Made by a program: the position numbers and the translations under genes. Below, piece after piece: positions 38,565 to 51,234 of a DNA stretch of 64,000 nucleotides. This DNA comes from Eledone cirrhosa (Eukaryota): contig OZ024748.1 in the NCBI GenBank assembly GCA_964016885.1, positions 53,506,001 to 53,570,000 on the forward strand, in the 5' to 3' direction. The notes beneath the pieces are model-generated. The model worked only from the letters and a program-made list of their open reading frames with translations, searched no databases and was not told where the DNA came from. Position 1 is the stretch's first letter. Each line of letters opens with the position of its first letter.

Positions 38565-38974
38565 TGGATTGGCAGTTTCAGTAGAGTTCGGATACCATGC
38601 TTTGCAGCATAGTTACGACCCTTTACGGTCTGAGTTCAAATCGTACCGAGGTTAACTTTGCCTTTATCCTTAAGGGGTCGATAAAATAAAGTACCAGTAA
38701 TGCACTGGGGAAATTGCTGGCCTTGTGCCAAAAGTAGAAATAATTATATATATATATATATATATATATGGGTGTCACAACAAAAAAGGACCCAGTCTGC
38801 ACTGTAAATGAGGATGGTGTTAGGAAGGGCATCCAGCTGTAGAAATCAAGCCAAAATCAGTTCTGTAGGAGCAAGACATGGTCACCTGACTTGGCATTGC
38901 CCACAATTGGACAACCTGTCTAACTCATGCTAGCATTGAAGAATGGACTCAAAACACTGATGATGACAATGATG

Positions 38975-38975
<1 letters not shown>
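38565..38975 (+). mobile_element. Nin/Deu-like SINE (38565-38745) followed by an RTE-tail fragment (38770-38975)
   Basis: Matches other copies in the window. Confidence 0.75.
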
Positions 38976-39034
<59 letters not shown>

Positions 39035-39204
39035 ACACACATGGTTCAAAGTGCCTATCTAGTATGTGGGTGATACAAGGTTTGATTCCTCATAGTGGCG
39101 GACAGGAACTTCTTTTTCCATCTTTAAGGGTTTTCACCCTATTTTATAGCATCTCCACACATGATTGCACCACTCTTTATATTTATATAAAGGTGAACAA
39201 GGGT

Positions 39205-39305
39205 ATAATACCTTAACACCTGTATGAGTGGCTGGTTATGGCCGGTTTGAACAGAAAGAGGTTAGAGAATTCTGGCCGGATACAGCCTGTTTAAATGCTA
39301 AAGGG
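39205..39305. mobile_element. piggyBac MITE family A, one terminal half
   Basis: Ends in TTTAAATGCTAAAGGG|TTAA and matches 34530-34635. Confidence 0.75.
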
Positions 39306-39535
39306 TTAAATTCCAGTCACCCAACTGTGCCTCATTGGGGAACAGGTTCTAGTTGATATTGTGTTCTGTTGTTATTATGAATATTAAAGAGAACATTTCT
39401 ATGGTTGTTATACCTACTAATGTCTTGCCTGTAATGTTCCATTCCTTTTATTTGATGTGAGCCCCACTCTCTGTTGTTTTTATTGTTGTATTCTCCTCAC
39501 TGTCTTGGACCCTTGTGGTCAATAAATCAAATCAA

Positions 39536-40100
39536 GGGCAATGGATTGGCAGTATTGGTAGAGTGTCGGACACCATGCTTTGCAGCATAGTTACATCCCT
39601 TTACATTCTGAGTTCTAATCTCACCGATGTTAGATTTGCCTTTCATCCTCACGTGGGTCAATAAAATAAAGTACTTGTAACGAACTGGGATCGATTTAAT
39701 CAACTTTCCCTTCCCCTAAAATTTCTGGCCTTGTGCATAAATCAGAAACCATTATTATTATTGGGCGGTGGATTGGCAGTACCGGTAGAGGGTCGGACCC
39801 CATGCTTTGCAGCATAGAGTTATGGCCCTTTATTAACTGAGTTCAAATCCCACCGAGGTTAACTTTGCCTTTCATCCTTACAAGGTTTGTAAAATAAAGT
39901 ACCTGTAATGTACTGGGGTTGGATTTAATCGACTTTCCCCTCTTCCCAAATTGCTGGCCTTGTGCCTATATAAGAAACCATGAGTTCAAATCCCGCCGAG
40001 GTTAACTTTACCTTTCATCCTTACGGGGTCGATAAAATAAAGTACCAGTAATACACTGGGATAATTGCTGGCCTTGTGCCAAAAGTAGAAACAATTATTA
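39536..40100 (+). mobile_element. Three head-to-tail Nin/Deu-like SINE copies
   Basis: GGATTGGCAGTA heads at ~39543 and ~39770. A third, 5'-truncated copy starts at 39981. ATT tails are present. Confidence 0.82.
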
Positions 40101-41220
40101 TTGTTTGTTTTGTACCCAAACAAATATTTCAATCAATGTGTTGTACACGAGGAAGAACGATTTTGGGGGTGTTTTTATTTTATTTTTTTTTGTTTTTTTA
40201 GTTTTTTTATTTTTTTTTTTTTGTTTTGAGTGTTTTTTTTTTGTTTTTTTAGTTTTTTTAGTTTTTTTATTTTGTTTTGAGTGTTTTTTTTAATTCTGGC
40301 TAAAAGCAATTTTCTTGTAAAGTGTTGGCAGTTCCATAAACTGCAGAAATGTAAGGAGTTTTACATATGCCCCCCCCCCCCCCTCTGCCTCCTCCTCATC
40401 CTCCCTGGCTGTTGTATTTCTTCTTAAAAGCTTTGCCCTCATCAAGTGCCATGTTTTGAAGCAGTTGGTCCTCATCGTTGTTGTTTTTGTTGTAGTGGTT
40501 TTTGTTGTTGCTGCTGTTGTTATAGTTAGTTGCTGTTGTAGTTGCTGCTATTGTGTGTTGCTGCTGTTGTTATGGCTATTTTTGTAGTCGTTGCTATAGT
40601 TGTTACTTATGCTATTGTTTGTTGCTATAGTTATTGTCATTGCTGTTGTTATAGTTGCTGTTGTTGTTATCATTATGATTGTTGTTTAGCATTTCCATGG
40701 TATTGTCCAAACCAAAAGATTTTTTTTCCCCCATTTTATATCTACTCACATTGCCATATGTACTTACATGTTTAAAAGACATTCACGTGTGTGCTCATAG
40801 AAACAGACAGACACACACATAAAGACACAGAGGCATACACACAAACAGGCACAACCGTATGCACACATACACACACACACAAACAGGCACAACCGTATGC
40901 ACACACACAGACATGCACAACCGTATGCACACACACACACCCACACACACAGACACACACACACAAACAGGCACAACCATATGCACACAAACATGCACAA
41001 CCATATGCACACACACAGGCACAACCATATGCACACACACACACACACACAATCATGTGCATATACATACTCATACATGTACACCCATTCTCACATAAGC
41101 ACATACAGACTAACATGAATACATGCACACAAACATACTCGTTCTCCCATACATTTTTTAAAATGTAATAGTGTGTCTATATATAAATGTGTTTATATAT
41201 ATATATATATATATATGCAT

Positions 41221-41533
41221 GGAGGCACATGGCTTAGTGGTTAGAGCATTGGCCTTGCAATCGAAAGGTTGTGAGTTCAATTCTCAGACCGGGTGATGTG
41301 TTGTTTCCTTGAGCAAGACACTTTATTTCACAGTTTACTCAGCTGTAGAAATGAGATGATAGGGACTGAGGTCCCTATCATTCCACGGCAAAAAAGCACC
41401 CAGCACTCACTGTAAATGAGGTTGGTGTTAGGAAGGGCATCCAGCTGTAGAAATCAAGCCAGAATCAGTTCCCGTCTCACCCTTGCAAGCAGGGAAAAAG
41501 CGGACGTAAAATGAAATGATGAATGATGATGAT
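41221..41533 (+). mobile_element. tRNA-CORE-SINE, short-tail subfamily
   Basis: GGAGGCACATGGCTTAGTGG head, CORE domain, and tail CACCCTTGCAAGCAGGGAAAAAGCGGACGTAAAATG. Confidence 0.88.
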
Positions 41534-41859
41534 ATATATGCATGTATATGTTAAATTATTGTATAATTCCATAATGACTATATATGTTATGTTTGTGTTA
41601 GATTGTAATAGTGTGTACATGAGTATATATGTGTGTGTGTGTATATATATATATATGTGTATATATATATATGTATGTGTGTGTAGATAAATAAATGTCA
41701 TGCATTGTTTGTTAAGTCTATATGTTTGTCATTTTATGAAATGATATCAGTATATGTGTATCTATGAGGTTTGTACTTGTTTATCTAAGTCTAACAGGAA
41801 AAACATTGTATGCACTATAATTATATGTATGTGAGGGATAGCATTATATATATATAGTG

Positions 41860-42310
41860 CTGGTGCCACAATAAAATGTATCCAATCCACCCTGTAAAGT
41901 GATAGTTCTTGCACCATGACAAACAGCACCCAGTCCACCCTGTAAGGCGATAGTACTTGCACCACTACAATAAAATGCACCTAGTCTACCCTGTAAAGTG
42001 ATATTATTTGCACCACGACAAACAGCACCCAGTCCACCCTGTAAAGTGATATTATTTGCACCACAACAAACAGCACCCAGTCCACGCTGTAAAGTGATAG
42101 TAATTGTACCATGACAAACAGCACCCAATCTACCCTGTAAAGTGATAGAACTTGCACTATGACAAACCAGCCAGTCCACCCTGTAAGGTGATAATGCTGG
42201 TGTTATGATGAAAACTACTCAGTCCACCCTGTGCTGGAGTCACAGTAAAAAGTTCCCAGTACACACTGTAGATTGGATGACAATATGAAGGGTATCCAGC
42301 TATAGAAGAC
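41860..42310 (-). repeat. ~48-bp tandem array of the RTE-tail unit within an old RTE/SINE tail
   Basis: CAGTCCACCCTGTAAAGTGATA recurs ~8 times, then continues into GAAGGGTATCCAGCTATAG. Confidence 0.8.
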
Positions 42311-42440
42311 TAGCCAAAAATTGAAGATATGAGCAAGACCTGAAAATCAGACCTCTCAACATGTATAACATATACAGCCAGGAAAATAGATGTTAAATGA
42401 GGATTAGGATTAAAGGATGATATATATATATATATATATA

Positions 42441-43130
42441 TCATCATCATCATCATCATCATCGGTTAATGTCTATCTTCCATGCTAGCATGGGTTAGAC
42501 GGGAGTTGTCTCACATGAGACAAGATAGGTTGGATGACCGTGTCTCGCTCGTGTAGGACTATCTGGCAGGTTTTCTACGGCTGGATGCCCTTCCTAACAC
42601 CAACCACATTTACAGTGTGGACTGGGAACGTTTTACCGTGTTGTCTACACGCCCACATTACAGCGTGGACTGTGTGTTTTTTGTTGTGACACCTTCACGA
42701 TCTCATTAGTTTGGACTGGATGTTGTGGTACCAACATAACTTTATAGAGAAAGGGCGGTGTTGGCAGGAGTGGGGTAGTGGGTTGGGGTGTGTTTGGTTT
42801 GGAGGGGCCTACTGACTGTAGGTTAACTCTGCACATAGGGAAGGCGGGCCTTCTATAATACTGCATGCCACCAAAGATCTCGATCCAGTGACATTATCTT
42901 AGAGAGGTGCAAGTGTGCAAGGTCGGACTTTATCATGTCGTCCCAGCTTTTTCTGGGTCTACCTACTCTGTAACTTCCCTCAATTTTGATCACCCTGCAC
43001 TTTTTTATACAGCTGTCGTCTTTCATGCGCATCACGTGACCGAACCAACGTAATCTTCTCTCGAGTAAACAGCATCTGATCCCTCTTATTCCTAATTTCT
43101 CACTTAGTTCGTTTATGTTTTGCCATTCGT
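42441..43130 (-). mobile_element. RTE LINE 3' fragment, older subfamily
   Basis: Translates INELSEKLGIRGIRCCLLERRLRWFGHVMRMKDDSCIKK...GRPRKSWDD, followed by 3' UTR and (GAT)n. Confidence 0.9.
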
Positions 43131-43173
43131 GTATATCTATATTTAAATATGTAATAAACAACGCAATATAATT

Positions 43174-43246
43174 ATTCCATTACTCAAGGTTTCATGTAGT
43201 CAGACGATTCTAACAGAAATGTCTGATATCGTTCATCAGAAGGAAT
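43174..43246 (-). ncRNA. Decayed type-I hammerhead ribozyme motif
   Basis: Minus strand: ATTCCTT-CTGATGA-ACGATATCAGAC...GTCTGACTACAT-GAAA-CCTTGAG-TA-ATGGAAT. The core is intact and stem II is partly mismatched. Confidence 0.6.
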
Positions 43247-43390
43247 CTTTATTTGGATATATATATATATATATTTATATATATAGTGAAAAAAATATGT
43301 GGACATTAGAAAGCATTCTGTACAGATCAGGTTATATAAGGAAAATCATAATAATAATAAAAAAAAGGGTTTGAAAAGGGCACCTGGTAT

Positions 43391-43727
43391 ATCATCATCA
43401 TTTCATTTTACGTCCATTTTTCCCTGCTTGCAAGGGTGGGACGGGAACTGATTCTGGCTTGATTTCTACAGCTGGATGCCCTTCCTAACACCAACCTCAT
43501 TTACAGTGAGTGCTGGGTGCTTTTTTTGCCGTTGCACCTCCACGACCACTTTATAGTGGAATGATAGGGACCCCAGTCCCTATCATCTCATTTCTACAGC
43601 TGAGTAAACTGGAACAATGTGAAATAAAGTGTCTTGCTCAAGGAAACAACACATCACCCGGTCTGAGAATTGAACTCACAACCTTTCGATTGCAAGGCCA
43701 ATGCTCTAACCATTAAGCCATGTGCCT
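43391..43727 (-). mobile_element. tRNA-CORE-SINE, full length
   Basis: Reverse complement of the 41221 / 56916 family. Confidence 0.9.
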
Positions 43728-43837
43728 TTATATATATATAAAAAGAATGAGTTATAAACTTTGTTGATATGTAATCAACAGATTTATGTTCATAACATAC
43801 ATGAAGTACTCAACAGATAAAATTTATCTGGAGCATT

Positions 43838-43996
43838 ATAATAATAGTAATAAATGGAAAATATATCACTATAGCATCATAATTTATTTTGTTATATATA
43901 TTTCAGGGATACTAAGTTATAGTATCCCTGAAATATATATAATGAAATAAATTCTGATGATATAGTGATATATTTTCCATTTATTACTATTATTAT
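43838..43996. repeat. Near-perfect palindrome, ~77-bp arms, 5-nt loop
   Basis: Arms 43838-43914 and 43920-43996, with 4 mismatches. Confidence 0.9.
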
Positions 43997-44195
43997 TTGT
44001 ATATATATATATATATATATATATTTATTAAAATAACAGATTAAAGTTTAAGCAAAGAATCGCTGCTTTCACCCTTAATGTGATCTTCTGTTATTTTAAT
44101 AAATATTTGCTCTACGGTTCTTATATATTTGATATATATTTACCCTTATCGAGCCCTCTTTGGATTTTAGTCTTCAAATTTATTATTATTACTAT

Positions 44196-44457
44196 TCATT
44201 TCATTTCATTTTACGTCCGCTTTTCCCTGCTTGCAAGGGTGGGACGGGAACTGATTCTGGCTTGATTTCTACAGCTGGATGCCCTTTCTAACACCAACCT
44301 CATTTACAGTGAGTGCTGGGTGCTTTTTTGCCGTGGCACCTCCACGACCACTTTGCAGTGGAATGATAGGGACCCCAGTCCCTCTCATCTCATTTCTACA
44401 GCTGAGTAAACTGGAGCAATGTGAAATAAAGTGTCTTGCTCAAGGAAACAACACATC
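44196..44457 (-). mobile_element. tRNA-CORE-SINE, 5'-truncated
   Basis: Matches 43400-43655. Confidence 0.88.
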
Positions 44458-45511
44458 CTTATATATATATATATATATATCCACTTTCAATTATTCACAC
44501 ATACACACAAATATATATTTAAGAAGAGTTGAAGCTCAATGTTTTAGTCACATCAAATCCTGCAAAGTTACAAAATCTAGGGTGTAATCTGTGGGGTATA
44601 ATCCTGCCCTCTTTCTTCCTCTGCTCCCTTCCTCCTCCTCCTCCCCTGCTCTACCGCCCCTCACCCCTTTTGCTGTTTTTAATTCTTCCTTACTTTCGCC
44701 AACTCTTTCTTCTCTCTCCCTCTCGCCCTTTCTCACTCTTTCTCTCTCTCACCCTTTCTCTCTCTCACCCTTTCTCTCTCTTGCCATCTCTCACTCTTTC
44801 TCTCTCGCCATCTCTCACTCTTTCTCTCTCTCGCCATCTCTCACACTTTCTCTCTCTCGCCATCTCTCACACTTTCTCTCTCTCGCACTCTCTATTATTA
44901 CTGTTTTTAATTCTTCCTTACTTCCCCAACTCTCTCTCTCCCACCCCTCTCTCTACCCACCCTCTCTCTCTACCTTCTCTCTCTACCCCTCTCTACCCCC
45001 TCTCTCTACCCCCTCTCTTGATCTCCCCCTCTCTCTACTATTGCTGTTTTTAACTCTTCCTCACCCCCTTCCCACAGCCCTTACCACATCCCCTTCCCTC
45101 ACCCTCACTCCATTGCTGTTTTCATTTCCATGACAAATCAACAGAACAATCAAGCTGTATGCTATGGTGTTTTAATAACTGACTGATTACATTGTAGAGC
45201 AGAGTTTGATCTGAGAAGACAACACACATAACATGGTATTAGCTACTGAATTAAACTCATTACAACAATTAGATAATTATATCATCTCTCCTTCATTCCA
45301 TTCTAATTGCTACATCAAAAATGGTATTCAATCAATTTGGGGAAACACACACACACCTTACAGGTAGTTACCTGGAAGAATGAAGATAGACACACTTCAA
45401 AAGATATTAAATCAAGGTGTCTTTAAACTTTTCATTACCATATTTATAATGGAAAACTGCTTGTGTGTTTCAAATCTTTTTGAAAATAATCAAGAATCTA
45501 GAAGGATTTAA

Positions 45512-45741
45512 CCCATTAGCATTTACATTACTCTATAGATACTATTAAATTTACTATTATATTTTCACAGTAAAGGCTTTACTTCACATAATTATCTTAC
45601 ATAATATCGAATCTATGAGATTTTGATATTTATTTTGAGAACCACACCTTAACATAAGTATGAGCATCTGTTTATTGCCGGTTTGAATAGAAAGAGGTGA
45701 GAGAATTCTGGCTGGATATGACTAATTTAAATTCTAAAGGG
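45512..45741. mobile_element. piggyBac MITE family A nested in a family-B remnant (45430-45920)
   Basis: TTAA|CCCATTAGCATTTA...TAAATTCTAAAGGG|TAAA, colinear with 34407-34635. Confidence 0.8.
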
Positions 45742-46044
45742 TAAATAATTTAACTAATTCTCTCATTATCAAACTGGTGTTTGGAGTATAACTTAACAAA
45801 GGTTCTGATATGAAATTATAATTGAATGTTTTTAGCTAAATATAATATTAAAATACAACAATAGTTTTGTATTGTAGAAGCAGGCACAGTTTCAGGTGGT
45901 TTGGTATTGAAATCTTTTAATGTTACTAGCATGTTATTTATAAAAAAGTTTTAAAACTTTGAGCATTTCAAAACATGGTTAACATTTTTTTCTAGTTTAA
46001 GAAAGATAAATTTTGATGCACCTCTTTCAAAATAATAATAATAA

Positions 46045-46380
46045 TTGTTTCTACTTTTGGCACAAGGCCAGCAATTACGCAGTACATTAGGGCATCCAGC
46101 TGTAGAAAACCTGCCAGATAGTCCTATGCGAGCGAGACACGGTCTCCCGACCAACCTTGCCTCAAGTAGGACAACTCCCGTGTAACCCATGCTAGCGTGG
46201 AAGATGGACATTAAACGAAGATGTTGATGATGATTACCGGTACTTTATTTTATCGACCCCCGTAAGGATGAAAGGCAAAGTTAACCTCGGCGGAATTTGA
46301 ACTCAGAATGTCAAGGGCCGTAACTCTATGCGCCAAAGCATGGCGTCCGACCCTCTACCACCGATACTGCCAATCCACCG
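46045..46380 (-). mobile_element. Nin/Deu-like SINE interrupted by a + strand RTE tail (46090-46232)
   Basis: The SINE is split at ATTA, which appears on both sides of the insert. Confidence 0.78.
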
Positions 46381-46703
46381 GGAATGCTAAAGGGTTATGT
46401 TTATCATTCTTAGCTGCTATTTCCTGTGGGTCAAATAACTATCTAGTAGTTTATTTGTAGTAGTTTATTTTTGGGCCTTGTGTGTATCTAGAAGCAAGTG
46501 GAATTAAGTTGAAATATTTGAGGGTTGGGCAATAGTTTGGTATGTATGGTGGACCTCACTCTCTTGCCACTGCTGGGGCATAACAAATTAACAGACTAAA
46601 GAAATCAATTAGGAATGTAGACAGCTATGTGTAAATGTATATTATGTGTATGTGTGTGTATATATATATGCATTAACATGTAGGTGCATATCTAATTGTG
46701 CAC

Positions 46704-46764
<61 letters not shown>

Positions 46765-46820
46765 TATATATATATATAAATGTGTGTGTGTGTGTATATA
46801 TATATATGTATGTATATAAA

Positions 46821-46854
<34 letters not shown>

Positions 46855-46932
46855 AATCTGTATGTATATATATACACACACACACATTTATATACATATA
46901 TATATATAAATATATATATGTATATAAACTTG

Positions 46933-46967
<35 letters not shown>

Positions 46968-47454
46968 ATAAATGTGTGTGTGTATATATATATATATATA
47001 TGTATATAAATGTGTGTGTGTATATGTATGTATATAAATGTGTGTGTGTATATATATATATATATATGTATATAAATGTGTGTGTGTATATGTATGTATA
47101 TAAATGTGTGTGTGTATATATATATATATATATAAATCTGTGTATGTATATATATATATACACACACACATTTATATACATATATATATATATATAAATA
47201 TATATATGTATATAAACTTGTATATATATATATATATATATATGTACGATACATTTATATATATATATGTATGTGTGTGTACACACATACACACACATTC
47301 AGTAGCATGTATACAAAGGCATGTAATTATCAAGGTGACCTTATTAAGTACCCAGGTATGTAACCAGAAAGTCTAGATATGGAGAGACGTGTGTAAGCTG
47401 CTTAAAAATCTGCTAGACATCCTGTGTGGACTGCAATGGTGACAGTAAATAATT

Positions 47455-48420
47455 GGTGATGATGATGATGACAGTGGTGGTGGTGGTGGTGATGACAGTG
47501 GTGGTGGTGGTGACCAGGGTGGTGGTGGTGGTGATGGTGACCAGGGTCGTGGTGGTGGTGGTGATGACCAGGGTGGTGGTGGTGGTGATGACCAGGGTGG
47601 TGGTGGTGATGGTGATGATGACCAGAGTGGTGGTGGTGGTGATGGTGGTGATGACCAGGGTGGTGGTGGTGGTGGTGGTAACTAGGGTGATGATGATGAT
47701 GAATAGGATGATGATGATGATCCTCATGATAATCATTGTGATGATGAAGATGGAAGTGGTGGTGGTGGTGGTGGTGGTGGTGGTGACAGTGATGGTGGTG
47801 ACTATCATTACAATGATGATTTGTTATCATGATGATGGTGATGGTGATGGTGATGATGGCAATCTTAATGATGATTACAGAAATGATGGTGATGGCAGTG
47901 ATGATGGAGATATTAATGATGATGATGATGGTGGTGATGGAGGATTATGATGATGATGATGGTGATGGCAGTAATGATTGAGATGGTAGTGATATGACCA
48001 TACTGATAACGATAGCAGTGATAACGGTGATGGCATTTATGATGGTGATCATGATGATGATGGTAGTGGTGGTGGTGGAAGTGATGGTAGTGGTGGTGGT
48101 GGGAGTGATGGTAGTGGTGGTGGTGGGAGTGATGGTAGTGGTGGTGAGAGCAATGATGATGGTAGTGGTGGTAGTGGTGGTGGTGAGAGCAATGGTGATG
48201 GTAGTGATGGTAGTGGTGGTGAGAGCAATGATGATGGTAGTAGTGGTGGTGGGAGCAATGGTGATGGTATGTGGTGGTGGTGGGAGCAATGGTGATGACC
48301 ATGACAATGGTGATGGTGATTGTGATGATGATGATTACGATGATGGAAATGGTGGTGAGGATAGCTATAACAATGATAGTGATGATGATGATGATGATGA
48401 TGGTAACAGTGATGATGATG
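47455..48420. repeat. (GGT/GAT)n cryptic trinucleotide array
   Basis: Directly visible in the sequence. Confidence 0.9.
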
Positions 48421-48475
48421 TTTAAGAACACGCAGTATAATGTGTTGATTATGACAAAGATATTGATGATGAGGG

Positions 48476-48681
48476 CAGTGCCAACTTTAGGACAAACGAG
48501 GTCTTGTGCTATTTAAGTTATGTGACCCCTTTGAACATTTGATATTTGTAAAATATTTTAAAAATTCATTGTAAAAATTTTTTTTGGCAGGAAGAAGGGA
48601 ACATCTCCCCACCCCCCCTCCATCTTGGCCAACGGGGCCCTGTGCTTAGCACACCTAAGCACAGTGGTAAATCCAGCACTG
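48476..48681. mobile_element. hAT-type MITE
   Basis: TIRs CAGTGCCAACTTTA and TAAATCCAGCACTG. 8-bp TSD GATGAGGG / GATGAGGC. Confidence 0.78.
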
Positions 48682-48736
48682 GATGAGGCTGATAATAATG
48701 AAATTACTTGTAAGGTACATGTAAAGTGAAAGGTTA

Positions 48737-49227
48737 TAAGACACCTACCATACTATGAACACCTTGCTTCCCTTAGCATGGATTCATTGAAGCTCCGACA
48801 TCTGGCAATGGACTTGGTAAACACCCACAAAGTTATTAACCATCTCGCCAACAACAACCCTGAGCACCTTTTTGATCTCCATGTGTCTAACACACGTGGA
48901 CATGCCTACAAAATCAGAAAACAGCACAGCTCACATGACTTTCGGAAACATTTTTTCCCACTCAGAGTTGCTGAAGCATGGAACTAACTGCCTGCGTCAG
49001 TTGTTAGCTGCCGAGACACTGCATCCTTTAAAACACTCATGCTCCCCGAAATTCGCCAAAACTACACCAGATGTACCCCTTCCATACACATGCACACATG
49101 TGTATATCATGACTCATGCACTGTTCATTTTCCTGACGTTTGTACATTACCCTATGTACTATACATACACTTTTGATGAGTTGTAGTGCACCTGAGCACT
49201 GTACACAATATTTCATTATTATTATTA
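48737..49227 (+). mobile_element. CR1-clade LINE 3' fragment, same family as 13451-14075
   Basis: Translates HLPYYEHLASLSMDSLKLRHL...NTRGHAYKIRKQ...LRVAEAWN*, with an (ATT)n tail. Confidence 0.9.
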
Positions 49228-49431
49228 TGATGAATTATTAGTTTGGGGTATGGCAGGTATTACTGTGACCTCTGTTGACCTTTCTAGAAAGGTCAGATTT
49301 GTGGAGAAAATGTTTGTTTTGAACCTGTATAGTTTGTCATTGGACCCATCATCATTTAACGTCCATTTTCTACGCTAGCATGGGTAGGACTGGTCATCCC
49401 ATTTGAGGTCAGTAGGGTCTTATTCATATAG

Positions 49432-49650
49432 GACCCAGTATAGCTGAATGGTTAAATTGTTCACTTTGCAATCATTAGCTCCTGGGTTCAATTCCACCTC
49501 ATGGTAGGTTGGCCAGGTGACATTTACCATAGCCGCCGGTCAACCCATGTCTTGTGGGTGAAATTTGGTAGACTGAAACGGTTTAGAAGCCCTCGTAAAA
49601 TGAACTCTATCAGTAATTCAAAGGGTCTGCCTAGTTTCACATATGTGGTA
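49432..49650 (+). mobile_element. tRNA-derived SINE remnant, third family
   Basis: TAGCTGAATGG and GGTTCAATTCC boxes. The body resembles 8620-8760 and 38430-38540. Confidence 0.55.
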
Positions 49651-49707
49651 TTCCTCTACTGCGTCTTCATTCTACTAGAAACCCTAGTAGAATGAAGACG
49701 CCGTAGA

Positions 49708-49855
49708 GGCGGAGGTGATGAGAGCAGACCTCAGATCGCTGAAGCTCACGGAGATGATGACGGTAGACCGTGACAAGAGAAGAGATGCTGTGCTGAATAG
49801 GACCCATCCCACCCTTGCAAGCAGGGAAAAGCGGATGTAAAATGATGATGATGAT
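49708..49855 (+). mobile_element. 3' end of a second RTE family whose ORF runs almost to the tail
   Basis: Translates AEVMRADLRSLKLTEMMTVDRDKRRDAVLNRTHPTLASREKRM*, then (GAT)n. Confidence 0.75.
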
Positions 49856-50328
49856 ATGTATGTGCATATATATATATATATGCACATACACACACATGTA
49901 TATATAATGTATATTAAGATATTCTTAAAATCCTATCAATATCATCTTTTCCTTTAAGAAACACAAAAGGATGCTGGGACTTTAAAAAGATTGTTAAAAG
50001 TTATTTATCAGCCCATAAACTGTTTTCAATCATAAAACTGGACATGTTTTTGGCTATTACAATCTCATTAGATGATTAGTCACAGTCAAACAATGTGAAA
50101 AAATAAATGACATAGCAACAACAATAATACTAACAACAATAATAACAACAACACTAATATTAATACTAACAACAATAACAACAACAATAATAATAATGCT
50201 AACAATAACAACAACACTTATTTATATAATCTGAAGAAGAAAGTGGTAGAGAGTGATAAACCTGAAATATTTGAAGAAGCTAAAGAATATATATGTATAT
50301 ATATATATTTAATAAATGTGTGTATATA

Positions 50329-50382
<54 letters not shown>

Positions 50383-50535
50383 GTGTGTATATATATATAT
50401 ATATATAAAATAAATGTGTGTATATATATATATAATATGCACACACATTATATATATATATACACACATTTATTTTATATATATATATATATACACACAT
50501 TTATTTTATATATATATACACATATATATAATAAA

Positions 50536-50576
<41 letters not shown>

Positions 50577-50695
50577 GCTTTGTTGAATATCCCTTTTGCT
50601 TATATATATATAATAAATGTGTATATATGTGTGTATATATGTGTGTATATATGTGTGTGTATTTATATATATGTGTATACATATATATGTATGTG

Positions 50696-50729
<34 letters not shown>

Positions 50730-51234
50730 ACAATCAAGATAACAATAACAGAAATATGAGCTTATTTTATAACTTTTATTTGATTTATTTTGGTTATTTT
50801 TGTTGGTGTTATATTTTTGTTTATTTGAAGAATTTATTAGATTTAATAGAATATCTGGTGGCCATATTTTCTTGATATTTTCTGTATTTTGGGTAAATTC
50901 TTCAATTTATTGCAGTAATCTTACATTTCCTTTATTATTTATCTAATCCTCTATTTCTTTATGTATCTCTTATCGTCATCATCATAATATTCCTCGTTAC
51001 TATTTTATGTCTGTTTTCTACATTGGCAAGGGTTCAAAGGGTTGTTAGTGGTCTGAAACTACACTGGATGGGAAAGGTTTGTACATTTGAAACATTCCAT
51101 CTATTCCATATTTGGCATGGTTTCTATGACTGGGTGCCCTTCCTAATGTCAACACTTTTACAAAGTGTACCAGGTGCATTTTATGATGACATCAGAACTA
51201 CAACTTTATTGAGTTTTGTGGGTACATTTTTTTT

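Noticed and set aside
40400-40480. Short protein-like frame DEDQLLQNMALDEGKAFKKKYNSQGG* (minus)
   Set aside because: It is embedded in an AAC-rich simple repeat with upstream stops and no acceptor.
50222-50295. Protein-like stretch LYNLKKKVVESDKPEIFEEAKEY, or a CTGAAGA...GAAA hammerhead
   Set aside because: No splice sites or homology recognised. As a ribozyme it lacks stem I pairing and the U of the UH site.
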